A stretch of 64,000 nucleotides of DNA, taken from positions 62,001 to 126,000 of the forward strand of contig NW_026781979.1 in the NCBI RefSeq assembly GCF_031769215.1, in the 5' to 3' direction. The notes beneath the pieces were generated by a model. That model was not told the origin of the DNA and ran no database searches. It worked only from the letters and a program-made list of their open reading frames with translations. This stretch comes from Ylistrum balloti. Taxonomy: Eukaryota. Positions 1 through 11,700 of the stretch are shown in pieces; within the stretch, counting starts at the first letter, position 1; every line of letters begins with the position of its first letter. A program made the translations under genes and the position numbers.

Positions 1-1539
1 AATTTTACAAATTTCATAGCTAGAACAGATGATGGTATCGCAACCCCAATCTTTCCAGGTAAGATAGGTATCAAGATGTCTGTACAAATACAAGTCAAGC
101 ATACAAGGTGGCTTTGTCTCGGGATACTAGTGCTAAGGACATCCGCAAAACATAGCAAAATCAACATAGACTTTAGTTATATTTATGGTAAAATGTTTAA
201 AAACAAGGGGGCTGGACTGGGGTGAGAGGCCTGGTTGCAAAAGTATAGGGATGATATGGAAACGGTCAGGTTCAAATAAACCTGTAACAAATTAGCAGAC
301 CCATACTGCATCAGGTCAGACACCCCTCCATTACATTCATGGTTGTTTTCATAATAAAGCAGCTGAAACATCACAAAACCAGACAACATTCATGGAACTT
401 GCTTTGCTGGATTTTCTTTGGAAGTGTTGCATACTGGGTCTTTCCCATTTAACAAGCAGAGATGGCAAACATTTGCCGTCTCCACTAAGCTAGAGCACAA
501 TGTGCATTTTGGTTTTCTCAAAATCCAAGATACAAATACCCTTTTCCTTTATAAATGAAGACAGGTCACGAAAATGCTAACAGAAAATGGGCTTCAATTT
601 TATTTCTGTTCCCTCTTTTTTGCAAAAAGTGTAATTGTTTGTGCTTCAGAATTTCCAAGAATTTTGGTATGACAAAAATTTCTCCTTGGACATTTTCAAT
701 GCAAAGAAATCAAGATGATACTATTGGAATAGCCATAATCATCATATGATCAAAGATTTTTCTTTTTCCGTTTTTCATGTGGAAATATCAATAGTTTTCT
801 TTCTTTAATAGATTAGTTATCAAAAAAATGAAATTACTAAAGATTGATTTAGTCTTTTTCTCAATTTTTTGGGAAATAAAATTCTGGAGTCAAGAAGAAA
901 CAGCTAACAGGATCTGCCACCCGAGCATGACCAGCAACATTCCGGACTGCAGAGCAAATACAGCAACTGCTACGGCAGGATTTCGAACCCCTGGCAGTAC
1001 ACTCTGCAAGCCCCTCTTTCTCAGCTGTATTCAGCACACAGCATAACTAACACCTTACTGCTCCTACAGCACATGTGAAATAGAAGAAATCATGTGTTAA
1101 TGGAAATGATTGAAGGATTTATTTACAATAAAAATGTGGATGAAGAGTTGCACAATTCTAAAACAGTTCAAAGCATTCAGCATTTTTCTTCTCAAATATC
1201 TTTTCACATTACTTAGAATACATGCATTTTATTCAGTCATTTGATTTCTCAACTTGGAGATACTCCAAGCACAAACTTCTGAAATCGCCAAATCGTAATG
1301 GAACACTACTCTCCTCAATTTTATTCCATTTTTTTAGCAATGAACTTTATTAAAAACAAATGACTTAACGATGTGTGTGGATGAATGTATCTATAAAACT
1401 GGTGATAGTAACCTTTCACTGTCACAAGATCAGCTTGAATGATAGTATGTGCTCAGCCAGTCAATATGGACAGGATAAGCTATGTAGAATGTTGGTCATC
1501 ATTCTTTGACTTGTTATTGATGGTATCAAGATGAATATT

Positions 1540-2388
1540 TCAGTCGTCACCACAATCATCATCATGATTTCTGTGACTTGGTGACCTTGAAGGCGACTTA
1601 GAGATGTCCCTTGATCTGCTTCTGCTGCGACTAACACTCTTGCTCCTGCTATGACTACGGCTGTAACTCCTTGACCTAGAACGACTACGAGATCGTGACC
1701 TACTACGCCTCCTCCTTGATCGTGACCGTGATCTTCTTCCTCTTGACCGAGACCTAGATCTTGATCTTGACCTTCTGAAAAATAAAATAGTAAAATGAAA
1801 AAAATATTACGGTCTATTCTGATCTCACTTCTTTAACAATGATTTTCTACATACAGTTCCATTGTATAAACGAAATCATCCTTGTAATGTTTTTCGTTCT
1901 TTTTATTTTAAAATTAATGACAAATCTCTTCTATATCGTAAGGTAAAAAATCTATTATTGTAACTGTACTCATCTCAAATACGATTGTTCTATTGATAGA
2001 ATAAAGTTATTGATCAGTAAACGGTGCTGTTGTTGAACCCTTACCGTGACCGTCCATACCCATAGCTCCGGCGTTGGGGTGCCCTACTCCGGTGCGATTC
2101 GTTAGGACGTCCGTATCTCGCCATCTGTACTCTCAGTTCCCTTCCATCCATGATAGCGCCATCCATACTATCCAGTGCGTCTTCTGCGTCGCGTTTGTCA
2201 TAGTAACGTACGAAGGCGAATCCTCTACTTTCTCGAGTGAATCGGTCGCGGGGAATGTACACATCTCCAACGTCGCCATATTTTTCAAAAGCACGCCGCA
2301 GATCTTCCGGCGTCGTTCTGTAGGTCAAATTGTCCACTTTAAGGGATGCCATTCCCTCAATGTCGGGCGGTCCTCGACCATAACTCAT
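1540..2388 (-). CDS. SRSF2: Serine/arginine-rich splicing factor 2 (SC35), 2 coding exons, 192 aa
   Basis: Exon 1 is 2388-2045 ([25 protein letters not shown]... RRM with RNP1 RGFAFVRY), donor GTAAGG. Exon 2 is 1774-1540 after a tttcag acceptor and encodes an RS domain ending ...[11 protein letters not shown]. Total 579 nt, frame continuous. The N-terminus matches the characteristic SRSF2 [21 protein letters not shown]. Confidence 0.97.
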
Positions 2389-2782
2389 TGTAGAATATTA
2401 TCAATACAAACCGATGAAAATTTATCGAGTAAATGCCTAAAACTTCCCAATATTGTTCCGCCTTTGTCACGCAACGTGGGTACAACGCTTCCCCTTCGCG
2501 CTCATGCGACAATGACGTCATATATCGGAAATCTGCCTCAGTTGTACGTTTGTATTGGAAGCATTTGGATATCGAGCGTATTTTCTACTTAGATTAATGG
2601 CCAAAGCAAAAGTATTTACTTTGTCGTTCAAATAGAAAATTATTGTTAAAAATGTTAAAATAGATCAATTAAATAAGTATTAGAATGACAATAAATATTT
2701 CTGATCATATTATTAGAAAAACAAATATTCGTTTTTATTCGGCCTATAGTAAAAATCATGTGACACTTTTATTTTGAACAAG
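2389..2782. promoter_or_regulatory. Bidirectional promoter region, SRSF2 / MFSD11
   Basis: 394 nt between divergent ATGs, locally CpG-rich. Palindromic CRE TGACGTCA at 2513-2520 and a CGGAAA (ETS-like) motif just downstream. Confidence 0.75.
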
Positions 2783-5700
2783 ATGGCGGAAGAAGGTGTA
2801 TACGATGTTAGGCTGGTTAATATAATACTTGTAGGATTTGCATTCATGTTTCTATTTACAGCGTTTCAGACAGCTGGAATGTCAGAAGTAAGTGTGACTT
2901 TGATGCGTCTGCAGTTATTATATTCATAACCAATTGAGATAAACGAACACCTTAAAATGCACCAATGTTTACATGAGATAGTCAAATCGCCCCTTTTTCG
3001 ACGTGTAAAACTTGTTTCACAATTTGTGAAGATACAAGTTACATTAGCAAAATAAGATCCCAGTCATCTATAATGGGTATCTGGGTTATAAACCCCACAA
3101 TCATGTCACGCAATACGTTAAAAATATTGAGTACCCCATCTGAGAAATTTTGACTCGAATGTGCAACTTTGTACAAATTGGCTTGACTTCGCTTAAAGTC
3201 AGGTCACTTTAAAGGATTGAAATTCTGACAAAACATAATGTCCTATTGAAACTATCCAGTTTCCTCTTGTTCTACGTGACGTTTGACATTTTGACAGACT
3301 ACATATGTAAGGATGTTCATTTAGGCTGATGAACTTTAATTTTGACGTGTGTACATAGAAATAGTAAAAGCAGATTTAGGTTAGCTGGACAGGTCAAAGG
3401 TCTCTAAATATTGTTTCGAGACTTGCCTGGTGTTAAAAGGACTGAAGTCAAAATTCCTCCTATGTCAAATACAAAGTGACCACTGCTCTTAATTTTATTT
3501 TGTTATATAGCATCTTTAAATGCTATTCCATCAGTTATTTTATTAACAACTTCAGTATCATAGTGTGTAGTGTTTGGGAAAATGAAGTCCACATCTCTGA
3601 ATGTTGTTATATCAATTACTTTTTCAGACTGCTGTTTTGAAGAGTGCTCGAGAGGATTCCAATGGAACATTTACTGGAGATGGTTCTATCAGGTTTAAAC
3701 CTACTATTAATATTGTCCTTGAATATTTTGCTAAAGTTACTACCATTGTCCGGATGCTTTTGGTCTCTGCCATGAAGATTTTTAGCCATATAGATTTCCA
3801 TTTTCTTATCTATTTATTGTGACAAATTAAACTGAAACAAACAATGCTAAACTGTGTTTTTGGAAACTCTGGAGTGGCAGATAAGATATATTAATGACTT
3901 GCAACTGAATATTGTGAAGAAATAGATTTACTACTCTTAAATTGTCCTTAGAGTTATTGCTGATATTCAAATGCATTGTTCATACTTTTGTTAGTTCATT
4001 TCACACTTATTAGTATTATCTGCTAAGCTAATATTATGTTATGATAATGAAATGAATCTGTCTCAAATGATGTACATTGTGTTATTGTATTTCACAGCCT
4101 TGGTGTGATATATGCAGTTTTTGCAGCTGCAAACTGGATTGCTCCTCCCATAGTCAGTGTTGTAGGTCCAAAGTACACCATGTTTTTGGGTGCTATTCTT
4201 TACTTGTAAGTACCACTTCCTACATTTATTCCTTACACAATAGATAAGGATGGTAATGTTAATTGTAATGTTGTATGTTATGAATTAAACTTGTGTGTGG
4301 ATGGTAACTGAAAAAGATATTAGCCTGGAGCTGATGGACATCAGAACTCTGTCCCTTTAAAATTGAGAGAAACTGTTTCCTATCATGTTTTGTTGACAGT
4401 TTGTTTATCCTGTCCTTCTTGAAGCCGATGACATGGGCATTGTATACAGGGTCTGTTTTGGTGGGCCTTGGAGCAGCAAGTAAGTATTAGTTAGTATAGA
4501 CTAATTTGAAGACAACTATTCCTGCTATAGAATGAGAATAACTCATTTAGTGAATTGGTGTGATTAAGATGAAATGTTTAGGTTATCACAAGTCACAGAT
4601 TCAATGTGTTAAGATCTATAGATCAGACCACAGGTACAATATATAAGGTATCAAATCCTTACTAGTTCCAATCACATATTTTGTACAATGTACATATACA
4701 ATGTCCAATATTACAAATGTACTATCATTGATCTTTTTTAAAGATTTCATTTGATTTGTGTAATAATAAATATATTTTGTGTAAAGCACATGTTATGTAA
4801 TATAAAGAATTACACTTATGTTAAAATGGACAGAATTCTCGAAGTGCTGACTTGAAGATGTGTTCATTACCTGTGCCATATTTTTTCTTTGAAAAAATTC
4901 TTATCTTTCTCATTCAGAAATACTGTCAGATTGCATTTAAACTTTCCTAAGATTAAGAAACCCAATTCAGACTTTCATATTTTATTTTAAAACCTAAATG
5001 TATTCTATTTTTTGCACATATTGACCAGTTTCATTGACAGTTTCCCAAGGGTAAATGTTATGGATTTTATTGCAATTACAATCGTACATTAAAGTTGAGT
5101 TTTCAGAAATTAATTTTGCTGTAATTTTGCATTTTAGTTTTATGGACAGCCCAGGGAAATTTTCTCACGATTAATTCAGATTCCAATACAGTTTCCCGAA
5201 ATAGTGGAATATTTTGGGCACTACTTCAATGCAGGTTAGTACATATACTACTACAGGGATGCTTTGACTACGTTCACGAACTACACAACAAAAATAGACA
5301 ATATTCCTTGTTTTTGATGAAATCAACAGTTCTGTAAGTTTATTGATTTGGATGGAAACTACTGAGTATATTTTCACAGATGCTCAGTTGTTTAAATTGC
5401 TTTCATCCATTGATCATCTATATAACCCTCCAAAGACCCTTAAGTAATTCTTGTTATTGTTGTTTCTTGAGAAGTACTTTACAGATCTTTACCATTTTCA
5501 CTTATGTATTCTCCTTGGTCCCTACTATTGCCTTTTCAATATTTGGAGACTGATCAGAACAATTAAAATGGCCAAGAGGTGTCCAACTTTGATCTTGGCA
5601 GTTTAAGTTTATTACCACTCTATTTCTGTAGAAAAAAATTGGATTTTTTCTTTCATATATGTAGGGTTTTCTTGACTTCTTAACCTACCAATGAAAGACT

Positions 5701-8700
5701 TGCATGTAATTACATTGTGATTTATATTGTAAAGCCTTATAGGGGGTAATTATTCTTTATTACAGCTTGCTGATAGGAAATATTTACAGTTACTATGTGC
5801 TGAAAGGAAGAGAAAACATTGACAGTAGCGAGAGGTTTCAACTGTTTGCTGGTTTAAGTGGGGCTGCTCTTGTTGGCGTACTTCTGTTTCTTACCCTACG
5901 TAATAGGCGCAACACAGACGCAGAAAACCTCATCAATCTGAACTCCAGGTATGCATGATAAAACATACAATAGTAAAAACTTAAATGTGGTCGTGATCCT
6001 ACCTCTATCATGTAGTATGTGCTTACTGGGTATGAAAAGTGTGACATAATCATGCTTTTAACCTTTGATAGTTTATTTGGAATATTACATTGAATGAAAA
6101 CATTTGCCATTATTGGACAAATATCCAGGCTTTTGCATTGAAATTGATGTAGATATTTAATGGTATTTGCTTAAACATCCAGGTTTTTAGGATGACCTAT
6201 AGCCATTGTGTTTTGTGAGTTGCTGTGTACTGTCCGTCATGCATAAACTTTCCATTCAAATGACATCTTTGTTAAATTGAATGACCTTGACTGACTTTCT
6301 AGGTCACATGTCATATATGTCAGAATCTTTGAATGACTTTTTCTCAACATCCAAAATGTCAATGGTGCTGACATTGGACTTGTTATATGCTTGGATGAAG
6401 GGCTACCAAGTTTTGTTAAAAATGAAGGACTTTGACCCACTTTCAAAGTTACAGATGTCAAATGTGTTAAAATGTTTATATGATGTCTTCGCAATAAACA
6501 AAAGATCCATGGTGATGATATTGAGCCTGTGATTGGCAGGGAGGAAGAGCTACCAATTTTGTAAAAATGAATGACGATCCATTTTCAAGGTGACAGGGGA
6601 CAAATGTGTAAAGGAATTTATAAAAAGACTTCTTGTCAACAACCAAAAGGCCAAAAGTGCTCATATTGAAGGCTACCAATTTGGTTCATATTATTGACCT
6701 TCACCATTTTTCAAGGTCACAGGTGTCAAAATCTTTTAAACGATTTCTTCTCAATAACCAAAAGGCTTAGGATACTGATATTGGGCCTGTGGCATGCTGG
6801 AATGAATGGTTACCAATTTTGTTCATGTTATCAACCTTTTCATTTATTAAAGGTCACAAGGGTCAAATGTGTTAAAATCTTCAAACAACTTCTTCTCGAT
6901 ATTGAAAAGGTCCAGGTTGTTGATATTAGTTCTTTAACATGAGTGGATGAAGGGCTACCAATTTACTCAAATAATTGACCTTGACCTGTGTTTAAGGTTC
7001 CTAGGGTCAAATGAGTTGACATCTTAAAATTTCTTTTTCAAAGCAATATGTTCACAGTAATGGCATTTGTGTAGTTGCTTGTATGAATATGATTTCAAGT
7101 TTGAAAAAATGTTTTCATGAACCAAAAATGTCTTCTTTGTAAGCTGTAGAATAGTTGACCAGTTTATTTTAGACGTATTTGGCCTCTTTCATATATAGGT
7201 ATTTATACTGTTAAGGTCTATGGGTCTCTTGTTTGAGAGACACAGACCCTCCTGCTGTTTTCTATGAGACATAGCATGTAAGATGCAAGTATGTGCATCT
7301 CTTAAAATAACACAATCAAGATTATATATCGACGATTCTCACAGATCCAGCCCTAAATATATGCATACTTCTACTTAGAATTGTCAAGGAGGTGTGGTTT
7401 CAGTTTGTCACAGTTGTAAGAAAATGCACCACAAATTTTCATAAGGATTTTTTTAGTGTTATATAAATATATAAAAAGTGATATTTAAAACTGTTGTCAT
7501 TTTCACTCTATTTGTGTTTCAGTGGTACACAATCAGAAGGTCCATTGTCTGCTGTTAGTAAGTATTGCGCAAAAGGGAAAGTAACAAAACAGTATTCAAA
7601 GTTTTGATACTTCAACACAAAGTAAACATCAAATGCATTAAACCATATCTGGTGATGACCAGTACCTACTAGATCAGGTGTAGATGAGTTGAAATAGTGA
7701 TATCATTTAGAAAATGTTTATTCATAGTGTGTATGTTATGGTATAGTATAATGACATTTAAAGTGGTTCAAATTAGAATCCAACAAAAACAACAAACTGC
7801 ATATGTAATCAACTTTTGACATAGCAATAGGTTAAAAAACCAGAATGCCAAAAACATCTTCAAGAAAGTAGATTTTAACCACACAGGATAAAAGCGTATT
7901 TGATTTCTTATTGATGTTTTGACGTATGTCTCTAGTTTGACAAAATACAAAAGTACATCTCAAAACAGTTTTTAATGATTTAAGGATATAAAAACAACTG
8001 ATTTGCATCTCCTAGTATTGACCACATTTTACTCGTTCTTAGGCAGGGCTGATTTCATATTGTCTGGTTATGACATCGTAATGCATCTATTTTCAGAAAG
8101 GTCTTTTCATCTTATGAAATCCCGTGAAATGCGTTTGCTGAGCGTTGCCATAGCCTATACAGGTAATGTATCCCTGATATTTATTGATAAAGAGTGTTTT
8201 TCATTCACAGCAAATGGCACTATTGAGATGGCTGTGTCATTTATTGGCCTATTACTTATAGTTATACCTCTAGATGGAAGTCTTCATCAGGCCAGTTCAA
8301 ATGGTGCCACTGAGCTAAAAATTGGTGGGAATGTTAAGGAAAGGTAGCCAACAAAGTGTTGTTATTTTATTACCTTGTCAGAACTTCGATACGGCAGTCA
8401 GGGAGGCCATTTTGTAAAATGATTGTGCAATCATGGTTTTCCTATGCAACACCTATTTCAAACTTCTCAAGTTCACCAGTCGGATTGAGCTCCAACTTTA
8501 CTGTCGAAAAATAAGTAACACTTGTCACAGTTTCCTACTCCTCACTAAAACTACCAGCTGCATTACGGAAAACAGCTAAGTAAGATTTCATTCAAAGTAG
8601 AAAAAAAAAACTTCTCCCTGTTGAAGGCATTATCAGGTCACAGATAATTGATAAACATAAACAACAGGGACAAATAAGTCAATGCCTACAAATATTACGT

Positions 8701-11700
8701 TACATGGCTGCTGTCATCAATCAGATTGCATAAAATCTTCAATGATAAGTTTATAAAGCTTACCTTCTAAGAGCATTTTTCATCCATGACTCAGCACTTG
8801 GATCTTTATTAATGTATTTGCCACTGTTTTATGTAAATTAAGAAATTGGATGTTATGCTAAAATTCAAGCTCCATCGTCATGTAACCTTTGCTTTAATGA
8901 ACAAATGAAATCCTCATCAGGGGACCAGCTTGTTTTAATTGCAGTATCATAATAAATTAAGCAGTCACTTTGTTATATTACCACACAGGTGTAGAACTGA
9001 CATTCTTCAGCGGAGTATATGGTTTTTGTATCTCCAACAATACACATTTTGGTGATGACTCCAAAGGGCTGATTGGAATATCAGGGATCTTTATTGGTGT
9101 AGGAGAAATTTTAGGTAAGTTGTTTTAAATTGGAAGTATTGGAGCAGTGACAGTTTATACTGATGACTTTTAACTACACTTGTGAAAAATGTATTCAGGG
9201 ATTGAAAAATTAGATAATAAAGCTTGAATTTGAAGTACTGTTTGAAATATCAATTTTGAACATGGATGATCCAATAGGTGGCGCCATGTTTGGACTGTTT
9301 GGGAAGAGGACCAACAAGTATGGACGAGACCCTATAGTGGTGCTGGGATATGTCTTACATATGGTGTGCTTTTTCCTCATCTTCATCAACATGCCAAGTG
9401 ATTCAACATTCAATCATACCTCATCTGAATCTGCAGCAACATATCTTAGTCCATCAAGGTAAGGTATACCATTTTACCAAGTCTTTCCAGGTAAACTGTA
9501 CCATTCTATCCAGTCTTTCCAGGTAAACTGTACCATTCTACCCAGTCTTTCCAGGTAAACTGTACCATTCTATCCAGTCTTTCCAGGTAAACTGTACCAT
9601 TCTACCCAGTCTTTCCAGGTAAACTGTACCATTCTACCCAGTCTTTCCAGGTAAACTGTACCATTCTATCCTGTCTTTCCAGGTAAACTGTACAATTCTA
9701 TCCAGTCTTTCCAGGTAAACTGTACCATTCTACCCAGTCTTTCCAGGTAAACTGTACTATTCTACCTGGTCCTTCCAGGTAAACTGTACCATTCTACTCA
9801 GTCCTTCCAGGTAAACTACACCATTCTACTCAGTCCTTCCAGGTAAACTACACCATTCTACTCATTCCTTCCAGGTAAACTACACCATTCTACTCAGTCC
9901 TTCCAGGTAAACTACACCATTCTACCCAGTCTTTCTAGGTAAACTGTACCATTCTACCTGGTCCTTCTAGGTAAACTACACCATTCTACTCAGTCCTTCC
10001 AGGTAAACTACACCAGTCTACCCAGTCTTTCCAGGTAAACTGTACCATTCTACCTGGTCCTTCCAGGTAAACTGTACCATTCTACCCAGTCCTTTCAGGT
10101 AAATTACACCATTCTACTCATTCCTTCCAGGTAAACTACACCATTCTACCTGGTCCTTCAAGGTAAACTGTACCATTCTACCCAGTCTTTCCAGGTAAAA
10201 TACACCATTCTACCCAGTCTTTCTAGGTAAACTACACCATTCTACCTGGTCCTTCTAGGTAAACTACACCATTCTACTCAGTCCTTCCAGGTAAACTACA
10301 CCATTCTACCCAGTCTTTCCAGGTAAACTGTACCATTATACTTGGTCCTTCCAGGTAAACTATACCATTCTACCCAGTCTTTCCAGGTAAACTGTACCAT
10401 TCTACCTGGTCCTTCCAGGTAAACTATACCATTTTACCCAGTCTTTCCAGGTAAACTGTACCATTATACCTGGTTCCTCCAGGTAAACTATACCATTTTA
10501 CCCAGTCCTTCCAGGTAAACTGTACCATTATACCTGGTCCCTCCAGGTAAACTATACCATTTTACCCAGTCCTTCCAGGTAAACTGTACCATTCTACCTG
10601 GTTCTTCCAGGTAAGCTGTACCATTATACCTCTGTCTGGTATCAGCCTACATAAATCCCTTTATGTACAGGTAAGCTACACCAGCATACCTAAGTCATTC
10701 TATGTAAGCTATTCCAAATTATTTCATTCAGGTAAATTATACCAAGTATAGATACAAAGTTATTGGTATTTTTTGTGGTCAATTGATGTTTGTTCAACAT
10801 TTTATCAATAGTTATTGAATGTGTACAAATGAGTTAATGAAGAAAAATGATATAAGCACACAGACGGATATTAACGAGCAGGTCTATACAATTTCCTTCT
10901 GTCTGCTGGTGCATCATTTTCTGAAGTGTATATCATGATCAGTTTTTTCTGCTATTGCCAAAAATCAAAATTTACATGCGGGTACATTTTGGCATAGCCA
11001 TTTGTTTAGTATGTACCGGGTATATATACCCTACACAACTACATTCATTAATTTTTCCTGTATTAGTCTGTCATTTAAATAAAATTGTAAACATATAGGA
11101 CAGATAGTAATTAAGATTTAAAAAGTTATTGTGATTTGTTGTTCTAATTATTCTTTTGAAATCTGTTTTTCAGTAAAGATGTTGCCATTCTGTGTTCCTT
11201 TTTACTTGGCTTTGGAGACAGTAGTTTTAATACGCAGGTAAGGTTTTCACATTTAATTGTATGTTATAGGTTACAAAAGTAAATATTTGGACTCCAACCT
11301 ACGTGCTTAAACTTTATCGAACATTCTTGGTGTAGTGCTGATACTTATTTCGAACTGGCATGTAATCTAATGAATAGAGTGGATACTGATATATATCGTA
11401 GGTAATATTTGGGGTCGGGTGGGACAGTGGTAATGCATTTGCCTTTCACCTAGCCATCTGGGGTTTGATTCCCAGAATGGATGTGATAAGGTAAGGGGTC
11501 ACCTGCCCGACCACGTGAGTTTTCCCTGGGTACTCTGGTTTCCTCCCACAATAAGACGCCTCTCATACTTACATCCGGGCTACTCAGAGTGATTAATATA
11601 AGTTGGAAAAACTTGCTTTGCAATTGTTGTAAGATAAATAATGTTTATTATTACATATTATCATTATTGTAGATAATGAAGCCTATTGTTGTCTAATATT

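Noticed and set aside
975-1000. tRNA T-loop-like GGGGTTCGAAATCC (-) in the SRSF2 3'UTR
   Set aside because: No cloverleaf or A box could be built around it. Treated as part of the UTR island.
2074-2592. 172-aa plus-strand ORF
   Set aside because: Antisense shadow of the GC-rich SRSF2 exon 1 and promoter, with no recognisable protein features.
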